IMG/VR virus record: IMGVR_UViG_3300029288_000059
Span: 161,237 to 225,236 of that record
DNA length: 64,000 nt
Source of the DNA: a virus
Taxonomy: Duplodnaviria; Heunggongvirae; Uroviricota; Caudoviricetes
Strand: one strand, 5' to 3'
Part shown: positions 50,476-59,380 of the stretch, one piece after another
Position numbering within the stretch: position 1 is the stretch's first letter
Layout: each line of letters starts with the position of its first letter
The notes under the pieces: generated by a model
Seen by the model: only the letters and a program-made list of their open reading frames with translations
The model's database searches: none
What the model was told of the DNA's origin: nothing
Translations under genes and position numbers: made by a program

Positions 50476-52779
50476 TTATACCCCTACGACAATATCATTA
50501 TTAACAACACTGACATTGAATATTTTATTATTAGTATTCAACATCAACTTACTCAACGGAACTTTAATCTTAGAATGAATAACTCTAGTTACGGGTCTTG
50601 CACCTAAATTCTCCTTTAATGCCATATCACCGATATAGTCAATAACATCATCACTAACATTTAAGGTTAACTGTTTACCTTCCAATGTAACTCTTAAAAT
50701 GTTAATAAACTTCTTAACAACATCAATCATTAAACCTTTATCGATATTATTAAATCTTACCGTCGCATCTAAACGATTTCGAAATTCGGGTGTAAAGAAG
50801 TTATTAGTTTCATCTTCACCCCTATCTGTATTATTTGAACTACCCATACCAAATCCGATTGAATGTTTAGTTTCCTCTACTGCCCCAATATTAGAAGTCA
50901 TAATCAATATGACATTTTTAAAGGATACTTTCTTGCCACTGGAGGATGATAATTCTCCATTATCCATAACTTGTAGGAATATATTTAAAACATTCCTATG
51001 TGCCTTCTCAACTTCGTCTAATAACAGTATACATGATGGATTCTCTTCGATGGCATTAACTAACAATCCACTACCACTATCACCATCTCTATATCCCACA
51101 TATCCTGCTGGTGCACCAATCAACTTCGATATCGAATGTTCTTCATGATATTCAGACATATCAAATCTAATTAATGGGATTCCTAGTAATTTAGATAATT
51201 CAATACAAGTGGCGGATTTACCAACCCCACTTGGTCCTCTAAACAATAATGATACTTGTGTTTTATTTTCATCCCGTAATCCCAATCTACTAACAATCAA
51301 AGCATCTGTTATGGTATCTAATGCTTTATCCTGACCATATATAGATTGTTTAAGTTTATCATTTAATTGGGATAAGTCTTCTATATCACCCTGTAATGAT
51401 TCATTAGTTAATTTAGTTAATCGACTAACTTGTGTGATAACATCTTCTTTATTAACAATTCTTAATTTTCTAGGACTAACATTAACATACGCACCGGACA
51501 TATCTAACAAGTCAATGGATTTATCAGGATTAACTTTATTTTTCATATACTTATTACTAAGTGTTAATATAGAAGCTATTGCATCTTCCGAGTATTGAAC
51601 ATTATAAAATTCTTCAAATCGTGGGACTAAGTTTGTAATGATAACCTTGGTTTCATCTAACGTTGGTTCATCCATATTTAACTTAAAGAATCTACGAGTA
51701 AATGCTTTATCCTTTTCGAAGAATTTTCTAAATTCCTCATCCGTTGTACTACCAATAACTTTAATTTCACCCCGAGATAATGCTGGTTTTAATATATTGG
51801 CTACATCGAGTGGTGAATCCGCCGATGTACCACCACCAATCAATTGATGAATTTCATCTATGAATAAAATTGCATTGGGTTGTTTCTTTAGTTCCGATAC
51901 TAGATTAGTAATACGTTCTTCCATCTCACCACGATAACGAGTTCCCGCAATAATATTGGAAACTTCTAATGAGTATACCGTATTAAGTTTAAACTCGGGA
52001 TGTGCGTCATCGTGTAATAATGAATATGCTAATCCTTCTACTACCGCAGTTTTACCAATACCTGGTTTGCCAACCAATAGTATATTGGGTTTACATTTAC
52101 GACCCATTGTTTCTTTTATAATTTGTATTTCATAATCACGCCCAATAGCCGGCATAATCTTACCCGTAGCCGCCATCTCCGTGAAGTTAGTACAAAGTGT
52201 ACTAATGACGGAAGCCTTCTGTTGTGTAGCCTTCTGTTGTGTAGCGTTCTGTGAGGGTATTACACGTATATTAGTAGGATTTAACATACTACTAAATATT
52301 GCACCCGCCATCGTTGATGATATAGTATTAAACATATCACTAGTTGATGTTATTTTAGGGTCATTATTATATTCTACATTATAGCCATACTTATTAAGTA
52401 CATATTGAACGTAAGAACCATCCTCGAGTGATGAATGTATTAATAACTGCTGTAATGTGTAATTATATGATTCAATGTTATCATTGAATTTTTTAGTAGT
52501 TAAATCGTCATTTACTTTATTAATAACTCGTTCAACCATTTGAGTAAGTACCATCTCACCCATACCACTATTACCAGTACAACTATTAATGAGGAACTTT
52601 CTTACATCGGACTTCATCTTCTCGACAGATGATACCTTATCAAATAAGTATTGTATAATACAATCTTCCGATATTACTACTTCGAATATATGTTCTAATA
52701 GTACATATTCTGAATAGTCTTCTAATGCTTGTTGTCTTGCCTTATTTAGAATCGTCGTAATGTGGGGATTGAATACCAT
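50476..52779 (-). CDS. clpA: ClpA-like ATP-dependent Clp protease ATPase subunit
   Basis: Two AAA modules (GKPGIGKT/FIDEIH; GPSGVGKS/LLDEVEKAH), GTRYRGE pore loop, IGF loop (SIGFG), FTPEFRNRLD. Confidence 0.92.
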   Translation of the reverse strand: MVFNPHITTILNKARQQALEDYSEYVLLEHIFEVVISEDCIIQYLFDKVSSVEKMKSDVRKFLINSCTGNSGMGEMVLTQMVERVINKVNDDLTTKKFNDNIESYNYTLQQLLIHSSLEDGSYVQYVLNKYGYNVEYNNDPKITSTSDMFNTISSTMAGAIFSSMLNPTNIRVIPSQNATQQKATQQKASVISTLCTNFTEMAATGKIMPAIGRDYEIQIIKETMGRKCKPNILLVGKPGIGKTAVVEGLAYSLLHDDAHPEFKLNTVYSLEVSNIIAGTRYRGEMEERITNLVSELKKQPNAILFIDEIHQLIGGGTSADSPLDVANILKPALSRGEIKVIGSTTDEEFRKFFEKDKAFTRRFFKLNMDEPTLDETKVIITNLVPRFEEFYNVQYSEDAIASILTLSNKYMKNKVNPDKSIDLLDMSGAYVNVSPRKLRIVNKEDVITQVSRLTKLTNESLQGDIEDLSQLNDKLKQSIYGQDKALDTITDALIVSRLGLRDENKTQVSLLFRGPSGVGKSATCIELSKLLGIPLIRFDMSEYHEEHSISKLIGAPAGYVGYRDGDSGSGLLVNAIEENPSCILLLDEVEKAHRNVLNIFLQVMDNGELSSSSGKKVSFKNVILIMTSNIGAVEETKHSIGFGMGSSNNTDRGEDETNNFFTPEFRNRLDATVRFNNIDKGLMIDVVKKFINILRVTLEGKQLTLNVSDDVIDYIGDMALKENLGARPVTRVIHSKIKVPLSKLMLNTNNKIFNVSVVNNDIVVGV
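52207..52245 (-). repeat. 15-bp tandem repeat in the clpA linker
   Basis: GCCTTCTGTTGTGTA repeated about 2.5 times, encoding ATQQK repeats. Confidence 0.8.
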
Positions 52780-53374
52780 TAACTTTATTCCTAGCAGCTT
52801 TTAATGTTTCTATAATTAATAGTTCATCGTTAGTTAAATCGTTTTTATACTCAAATTTTATAATGAGATTACCCAATATGTTTCCATCTGACCAACCTTG
52901 TTTAGCAATACTAATAACCTTTTTTGGACTTGTCAATGATGGAATAACAAAAGTTATTTTTTTTCTTAATAATAATAACTCCTGTTTAGTTTGTAGTATT
53001 GAATCCAATATACTACACTTATGTGTATAATATATATCGTTATTACTTACTTCTATACTTGGCTCTACTTCCCAATATACTAAATCCTCACCTAATTGAA
53101 CTGGATAATCAGGATGTGTGTACGGTTCAAGTTGATATGTAACATTGTTATAATTTAAGGTACAACCATAATATAAGTTTTCAAACTTAATCTTTAAAGT
53201 TTTATAATTTGGATTAGGTTTGAATTCATTAAAAATCTTAATTAAGATTTGCATATCTTCATTCGTACCACCCACGTCAGGATGATATAAACGGCTATAC
53301 TGATGATATAACCGTTTAGCTTCCTTTATAGTATTACATTGTTGGAAATCATTACGTATTGACTCTATATCCAT
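52742..53374 (-). CDS. J-domain / DnaJ-like co-chaperone
   Basis: YHPDVGG J-domain; C-terminal DnaJ_C-like I.KQG....GNL.I. Confidence 0.8.
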   Translation of the reverse strand: MDIESIRNDFQQCNTIKEAKRLYHQYSRLYHPDVGGTNEDMQILIKIFNEFKPNPNYKTLKIKFENLYYGCTLNYNNVTYQLEPYTHPDYPVQLGEDLVYWEVEPSIEVSNNDIYYTHKCSILDSILQTKQELLLLRKKITFVIPSLTSPKKVISIAKQGWSDGNILGNLIIKFEYKNDLTNDELLIIETLKAARNKVNGIQSPHYDDSK

Positions 53375-53404
53375 CTAACCTAATCCGATGTTTTAAAAAT
53401 ATAT

Positions 53405-53640
53405 TTATTTATTGGGAATAGCTTGATTTAAATCACCACCCAATATCATCCTGTCAGGACGTTTTAGGATTCCATTATTATTCATACAATAGAATGATTT
53501 ACCTACATATTCAGGGTGGAAATGTAAATTGGTTAATTTATTATTACAACCCCAAAAGTCAATACCAACATATAATGGACATCCCAATAATTGAAACAAA
53601 TTATACTATTATTTATAATAGGTTAAATTCTTATTTTAAG
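53405..53640 (-). pseudogene. decayed LRR-like repeat gene
   Basis: GCPLYVG.DFWGCNNKLTNL units; upstream frame interrupted by TAA/TAG. Confidence 0.5.
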
Positions 53641-53643
53641 ATG

Positions 53644-54060
53644 TTACCATTCATTTCTAAATTCACCACCAACCTTAACTCCTTCAGGAAAAGATAATTT
53701 AACGTAGTTACCACGACAATTTAAAATATCACCTATACGGGTAGCACAACCTTCTAAACTTGTTAATTGATTATAGTCACAATCTAACTTACCACCTATA
53801 TAAGTAGCACATCCTTCTAAACTTGTTAGCTGGTTACAATAACAATTTAAATTACTACCGACATAAGTAGCACATCCTTTTAAACTTGTTAGTTGGTTAT
53901 GATAACAATTTAACTCACCACTTACGTACTTGAAATGTGGCAACTTAGTTAACTCATGACGGGATAAATTAACATCACCCTTCGTAATAATATTAGTATC
54001 TGTTGACCTAATATTATTAGTTGGTTGTTCTGTTATATGTGGTTGTTCATTTCTATACAA
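53644..54060 (-). CDS. LRR-like 21-aa repeat protein
   Basis: NQLTSL(K/E)GCAT..G..L.C x3; 63-bp DNA repeats at 53741, 53804 and 53867. Confidence 0.8.
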   Translation of the reverse strand: MYRNEQPHITEQPTNNIRSTDTNIITKGDVNLSRHELTKLPHFKYVSGELNCYHNQLTSLKGCATYVGSNLNCYCNQLTSLEGCATYIGGKLDCDYNQLTSLEGCATRIGDILNCRGNYVKLSFPEGVKVGGEFRNEW

Positions 54061-54064
54061 CGTC

Positions 54065-54379
54065 TTAATCCTTGAATGTATTGATGATATTATGAGTTCG
54101 TATGTTACTTATCAACTCACCCATCAATTCATAATCATCATTCAATGCACGACAAGAACTATTTGGTATAAATTCATATTCTTCCTTATCATACCCGTAT
54201 TCTTTAAGTTTGATTATATCAGTGGTACGATTATATGAAATTATAATGCTAGTTTCATTACCAATACCACCAATATAATCAATCGAGTTAGAACTATTAT
54301 CCGGACGAATTACCCATGTTAAATTCCCAGTATTAGTAAGTTCTGTCACGTTAGTTACAAAATCATCAATTGTTTGCAT
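54065..54379 (-). CDS. hypothetical protein
   Basis: ORF with SD. Confidence 0.5.
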   Translation of the reverse strand: MQTIDDFVTNVTELTNTGNLTWVIRPDNSSNSIDYIGGIGNETSIIISYNRTTDIIKLKEYGYDKEEYEFIPNSSCRALNDDYELMGELISNIRTHNIINTFKD

Positions 54380-54569
54380 ATTATTGTTCCTATTCTTGTA
54401 CTAAAATTATACAGTTTTAAGTCCGGCTAATAATGTAATTAAGTACATCGGTAGTTGGTACTTTAACTCGTAACCCTTTAATATCTCCAAATGAATAATG
54501 ATATACTGACAATTGAACATTTCCGGAGACGATGCAGATTTCGGATTAACTATTAGTTATTATTTTCTA

Positions 54570-55001
54570 TTAATTGAAGTTTTGACTAACAGTAACCGTA
54601 CCATCTTCAATATCGGTCAACTTAACTGATACATTCATTAATTGTTCTGGCCATTTATCTTTAGTAGAAGTCACTAAATCCAGTACAGGGTATAATATCG
54701 TTTTTGCAATTACTTCGATATGAGGTACTGACCCATCACAATGAATTGATTTACCGCACCCAGGTGCTTCATAATCAATATGGGGTCCAAGAAATACAGA
54801 ATGATGAAACATCGGTCTCCATACGTCTTTAGAAAACCTATTGATTTGTCCCAAATCTATATCCGAATAACCATTAATACAGAATGTTATTTCTACCTTA
54901 TACTGTCTCCCCCGTAAGCCAATCTTTAATGTTTCATATGTAATACAGTCGAAAGAAAACCCAGTACTAAACGTTTCTTTAATTTGACCACTAGATTTCA
55001 T
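54570..55001 (-). CDS. QueD/PTPS-like T-fold protein lacking the canonical metal ligands
   Basis: FSFDC..LRGRQYKVEI..IDLG...FHHSVFL..PHIEVIA..V.LTD aligns by eye with F.AAH..HGH.Y.V.V..DF..LDH..PT.E.LA..E. Confidence 0.5.
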   Translation of the reverse strand: MKSSGQIKETFSTGFSFDCITYETLKIGLRGRQYKVEITFCINGYSDIDLGQINRFSKDVWRPMFHHSVFLGPHIDYEAPGCGKSIHCDGSVPHIEVIAKTILYPVLDLVTSTKDKWPEQLMNVSVKLTDIEDGTVTVSQNFN

Positions 55002-55013
55002 TATTTTACCCTC

Positions 55014-55451
55014 TTATTGTGCTATTTGTTGTGCAGTATATACCACGTATCCATTTGTACTTGAATGTTTATTTAATTCTTCCAATACTGTACTATTTGA
55101 GTTTGTTGTGTTTACTAAATCCAAATAATCGATGACTAATACATCAATATATTGTGATTTAGCGCGATACATTTCAATGCGTTGTATTATCGCATCAATT
55201 GTTGAATGTGCAGGTAATACCAGAACTTCAAGTATTGATGTATCACGTTTAACCATCTTACTGGCATTAGCTAATCTGTTTGTTATTGCAGCATGATTTA
55301 ATTCAAGGGATACATACAAAACTTGATTCCCTTCGTTGTATTCCTTTACTGCACGTTCAATTAACTGGGTTGTTTTACCCATACCTGTTTTTAATAATAG
55401 TACATTAACCGCGTTTTTAATCATCGTATTGGTCATTCTTGTATCTTTCAT
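55014..55451 (-). CDS. minimal DnaB/RecA-fold ATPase
   Basis: TGMGKT, YVSLEL, VIDYLDLV, TAQQ in 145 aa. Confidence 0.65.
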   Translation of the reverse strand: MKDTRMTNTMIKNAVNVLLLKTGMGKTTQLIERAVKEYNEGNQVLYVSLELNHAAITNRLANASKMVKRDTSILEVLVLPAHSTIDAIIQRIEMYRAKSQYIDVLVIDYLDLVNTTNSNSTVLEELNKHSSTNGYVVYTAQQIAQ

Positions 55452-55470
55452 ACAATACTAGATTTAATAA

Positions 55471-56022
55471 CTATCTTAACTTAACTGGACCAGATTCAGT
55501 ACCACGTTCGAATACTGTTTTTGTTTCAACCGTGGTAATGACTTTAAACTTATTCATATCCACTTTTGGATATCCAGCTAATCTTAACATAGTACCAGTC
55601 CAAAAACTACCCAAATCAGTATCATAGATGCGTTTAACATCAATCATTTCTGTTTGGGCATTTCTGAAATCATTACGTCCTGATTCAATAACTTGTTGAA
55701 TCTTAACATATAGCTTACTATCAACCGTACCAGGATATGTTTCTTTAATAGCTAAAAATACTGCTTTGGCTCCATCTTTACCATATCGTCCTTGTAAAGA
55801 ACTATTAATAACATCCTTTAAGTCATCTTTCATCATACCAGGAACTTGAGCTACTTCCTGTACTTTTTGATAATAAGTGGATAGTACGTTTTGATTGTTG
55901 GCATATAACGCTTCTAACCGTTTTTCGTACTCGTTCCCCTTATTATAGGCAATAATATAGGACGAACCTACTATTACAATTCCAAATATAATAAAACATA
56001 CCAAACTAGCTAATACTTTCAT
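55471..56022 (-). CDS. LemA-like membrane-anchored protein
   Basis: N-terminal TM helix, YN....YE..L.A, E.YP, IESGRN.F, FW.G..L..AGYP. Confidence 0.65.
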   Translation of the reverse strand: MKVLASLVCFIIFGIVIVGSSYIIAYNKGNEYEKRLEALYANNQNVLSTYYQKVQEVAQVPGMMKDDLKDVINSSLQGRYGKDGAKAVFLAIKETYPGTVDSKLYVKIQQVIESGRNDFRNAQTEMIDVKRIYDTDLGSFWTGTMLRLAGYPKVDMNKFKVITTVETKTVFERGTESGPVKLR

Positions 56023-56027
56023 AATAA

Positions 56028-56360
56028 TTACTCCTTTGTGATTAGGCATGATGCGTTAACGGTGGCAATAACTTTATTATCCTTTAAAATACGCGTATAT
56101 GGGTTGATTAGTTCAATCCCAACATGAGAATTTTTATAAATTAACTTATTACCACTATAACAAACAATGTTATGATTCTCTTCAAGATATAACTCATCAT
56201 AATTGGTGGCGGTGGTTGATAATGAATTGAAACTTATTAGAAACCAAACAATATAAACTACTGAAACACCTAATAGTGATGGTATAGCTACGATTAGAAA
56301 CTTACATATTATCGGTTCTATGTTGGATGTAAAATACGTCTTTATATTACTTATATTCAT
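56028..56360 (-). CDS. membrane protein
   Basis: One TM helix. Confidence 0.5.
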   Translation of the reverse strand: MNISNIKTYFTSNIEPIICKFLIVAIPSLLGVSVVYIVWFLISFNSLSTTATNYDELYLEENHNIVCYSGNKLIYKNSHVGIELINPYTRILKDNKVIATVNASCLITKE

Positions 56361-56535
56361 TAACTTGCTCCATTGTATTATATTGAACTCTGTTATGAGG
56401 GTCGTTAGGATTAAAGAAGAAACTTAATATTAACATAATGCCAACTAAAAATAATAATATACTGACAATTCCATTAAAGATAATAACGGGATTCTTACTT
56501 GAGAATATCACTTTATAATTATCAATTATCTTCAT
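56347..56535 (-). CDS. small membrane protein
   Basis: One TM helix. Confidence 0.5.
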   Translation of the reverse strand: MKIIDNYKVIFSSKNPVIIFNGIVSILLFLVGIMLILSFFFNPNDPHNRVQYNTMEQVNEYK

Positions 56536-57529
56536 TAAGTTTCCTCCAAACTAATGTTACACCCAATGTAAACATTATTGTTAGTAACAACATAATGAAT
56601 ATATTGGTAGTTGTCAACTCAATATCACTCTTTAGATAACTAAATTTTTCCATTGGTTTTCGAACATAATCACGTACTATTATAGGTTCAATATCGTTCA
56701 CAAAATTGTCGATGTTAGAATCCATTAACTTATCACGCAATTCAACGTTTACTAAATCACTCGCACTCCATGAATGTACATTAACCCAGTTAAAATGTAA
56801 ATCCGCATTCGTACCCACTATGATGATAATGTCATTCTTCTCGCCACCTTGCCAATAATTAATTAGATTGGCAGCATATGAATCATCTTTATCCGTGAAT
56901 ATAACAAGTACGTTAACTTGTTTATCACCACCAATACGTCCTAGCATATCACCAATCTGTTTATTTAAGTTTTTAGTATCTATTGGAAACGTTGATATAA
57001 CATGATTATAACGATAGTAATCATAAACAGCAGGATATTTCAAATCAACCTTATTTGTACTACTTTGTTTAAACAATGTATGTGATGATTTAATGTAATT
57101 AACATATTGATGTTTTCGTGCTACTGGTTCACCAATTTTAACTTTGGTCCAACGTGGTGGTTCTCTTAATCCTTGACTGTCAATAGTATCAATGTCAATA
57201 TCACCAACGGTTGTATTGACTACCCAGTCAATATCGTATGAATGTTCATAACAGGTTTGGCAAACCGTGGTTGCATTCTTACCACTACCAATAGTTTGGC
57301 ACATACATTGATACGAGTGACGGCACCCAACTTTATCTTTCTCTTTAGAGACAACTATACCATTTAGTATTTCAGTATAATGGTTGGGTGATATCATAAA
57401 CAAGTATACGACTGTTAATATTGTTGTACTTATTAATATAGGAATAATTATTTGTGATTGTTCCCACCAATCATTCCTTCGCAATACATGATATAGTATT
57501 ACGCAACAAATACAAAATATTAACAGCAT
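56522..57529 (-). CDS. membrane protein with Cys-rich and TPM-like periplasmic domains
   Basis: TM helices at both ends; CRHSYQC.C..C..CYEH; W.GGEKNDIII. Confidence 0.6.
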   Translation of the reverse strand: MLLIFCICCVILYHVLRRNDWWEQSQIIIPILISTTILTVVYLFMISPNHYTEILNGIVVSKEKDKVGCRHSYQCMCQTIGSGKNATTVCQTCYEHSYDIDWVVNTTVGDIDIDTIDSQGLREPPRWTKVKIGEPVARKHQYVNYIKSSHTLFKQSSTNKVDLKYPAVYDYYRYNHVISTFPIDTKNLNKQIGDMLGRIGGDKQVNVLVIFTDKDDSYAANLINYWQGGEKNDIIIIVGTNADLHFNWVNVHSWSASDLVNVELRDKLMDSNIDNFVNDIEPIIVRDYVRKPMEKFSYLKSDIELTTTNIFIMLLLTIMFTLGVTLVWRKLNEDN

Positions 57530-57540
57530 TAGTTCATCCC

Positions 57541-57921
57541 TTATTTTAATAGATATGTAAACTGTTCACAAATATACTCGTATATTTTAGGAGCTCTTGT
57601 TGGTAATTGTGCTAATCCAGTCCCAACTCCATCTGTTGGGACATATACAGTACCACCATTATCAAGATGCCGTTTAAGTCTATCAAATTCTTTATCCAAT
57701 ATAGGTTTAACAGTATCCAAACAACTATCGGTAAAGAATGATGATTCTTCCATACTAGGATACCATTTTGTTGGTATCCCAATAGCATTCGGTTCACCAC
57801 GACATTCTTTCGCCTGACCACCCATCCCTATTCGCTTCACATTGTCACCGAATACGAATAAACAAGTGGGATTAGCTTTAACAAAAGAACGTTTGATACG
57901 GTCAATACTCAATATTGGCAT
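57541..57921 (-). CDS. conserved phage protein (FVFGDN..R.G.GGQA family)
   Basis: FVFGDNVKRIGMGGQAKECRGEPNAIGIPTK, P.DG.GTGLA.L. Confidence 0.7.
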   Translation of the reverse strand: MPILSIDRIKRSFVKANPTCLFVFGDNVKRIGMGGQAKECRGEPNAIGIPTKWYPSMEESSFFTDSCLDTVKPILDKEFDRLKRHLDNGGTVYVPTDGVGTGLAQLPTRAPKIYEYICEQFTYLLK

Positions 57922-57932
57922 TATAATCCCTT

Positions 57933-58256
57933 TTATAATACAGTTTCCCAAGTGTAGCTCCAACGACGGGGTTCACCCCAATAAATAATCCAGTTACCCA
58001 TACCCTGATATTCATCACGTCTGAAAACAACCACATACCCTAATGCTTTCAGACGTGGTGCGACTAGTTCCATTGTTTCATATGTAGTATAACGGGTCGG
58101 GAATTCGTATTCATACTTCCCTTTACTAATTTGAGCGTTTACCTCACAAATGATCCTGTCGTACAACACATCTGCCGCGTCATTGACTATATTAATATGA
58201 TTGGCACTAGCCATCACTCGTGAAGTAGTTGCTTCTGGTAATTTATCATCACTCAT
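57933..58256 (-). CDS. hypothetical protein
   Basis: L.A.GY.V...IYW pattern. Confidence 0.5.
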   Translation of the reverse strand: MSDDKLPEATTSRVMASANHINIVNDAADVLYDRIICEVNAQISKGKYEYEFPTRYTTYETMELVAPRLKALGYVVVFRRDEYQGMGNWIIYWGEPRRWSYTWETVL

Positions 58257-58273
58257 ATCTTAATCCCCCCATA

Positions 58274-58759
58274 CTAAAGATTATATTGTTTCTTAACTTG
58301 TTTAATATCCGTAACAGTACTTCCTGTACAGATCGTAATTGTTTCCATATCACGTCCCAACAATAACAATTTTACAATCGCTGTTTCCGTTGGTGTCTTT
58401 GTTTTATATAACAAATGATCATATTTACCCGTCGCAATCTTAGTAATGACTGATGGTGCCATATGAACAATTTTACTAATATAACGTTGTGTATGTTTTT
58501 TACTAAGTTTTTTAATTTTTTGAATTGTTGCAACGGTAATATTAGTACGTGCCAAACCGCCCAAACTAAATCTATTAACTTTTTGTTTTGTAGGTGTTGT
58601 ATTTTTATTTTTTGTTATAACAATATCTGTTTTTTTAAGTTGCCGATGAACTGTTGACTGGGATACACCTAATTCATCACTAATACGAACATTAGAATAT
58701 CCTTGTTGCTTCAATACAACGATTTGTTGTTTGATTGTGGGATCAATGTATTTTTTCAT
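58274..58759 (-). CDS. multi-HTH DNA-binding protein
   Basis: Three HTH-like units (GYSNVRISDELGVSQSTVHR etc.). Confidence 0.7.
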   Translation of the reverse strand: MKKYIDPTIKQQIVVLKQQGYSNVRISDELGVSQSTVHRQLKKTDIVITKNKNTTPTKQKVNRFSLGGLARTNITVATIQKIKKLSKKHTQRYISKIVHMAPSVITKIATGKYDHLLYKTKTPTETAIVKLLLLGRDMETITICTGSTVTDIKQVKKQYNL

Positions 58760-58785
58760 GTTATTAACTTTCCTTTGTTTAAAGT

Positions 58786-58815
58786 AATTAAGGGGTAACC
58801 CAATACCCCTTAATT
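58786..58815 (-). terminator. hairpin between the HTH genes
   Basis: AATTAAGGGGTA/TACCCCTTAATT. Confidence 0.65.
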
Positions 58816-58824
58816 AAAGTTTCA

Positions 58825-59265
58825 TTAAGCCATTTTAGCAAACATACGGCGAACAGTAGATACGGAAACACCGACGTGTTCCGCAATTACTTTATAACTA
58901 TTGCCTTGTTTTTTAAGTTTCTTAAGTTTTGTCATGGGAACAGAAGCGGCAACCTTCTGTGGTGAAGTAATAGGTTCGACTTGCAAGTTACGTTGTACAT
59001 TGCGTACATATTTTGGGCTTCGTCCAACCATTTCTGCAATGGTCTTTTGTGCCATGCCCCGTACTGTAAGTCTTGCAATTGTTCGTTCTTTTGGTGTAGT
59101 ATCTTCAACTTTCAACAAGTAATTGAATTCACCCCTTGTAATTCGACAATAGGATGCTTTCGAAATACATAATGAACTTTGAATTTCTTGTTTTGTCTTA
59201 CCCATCGCCTTCAATTGAGCAACACCGGATACTACCTCACGTGTAATCTTAGTTCTAGCCATCAT
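58825..59265 (-). CDS. multi-HTH DNA-binding protein
   Basis: Three HTH-like units, ending GNSYKVIAEHVGVSVSTVRR. Confidence 0.72.
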   Translation of the reverse strand: MMARTKITREVVSGVAQLKAMGKTKQEIQSSLCISKASYCRITRGEFNYLLKVEDTTPKERTIARLTVRGMAQKTIAEMVGRSPKYVRNVQRNLQVEPITSPQKVAASVPMTKLKKLKKQGNSYKVIAEHVGVSVSTVRRMFAKMA

Positions 59266-59380
59266 AAACCCTTTCAGTTATAAGCCAAACAACAAACGTA
59301 TAATGCGTTTGTTAATGTTTATCTACGTTACATATTAAGTAATAACGTAAATTATAACACTTGTCAATAGGGGGTGATGA

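Noticed and set aside
53741-53900. 63-bp periodic repeats as a CRISPR array
   Set aside because: They are in-frame coding repeats of a 21-aa LRR-like unit; the 'spacers' are homologous; no cas genes
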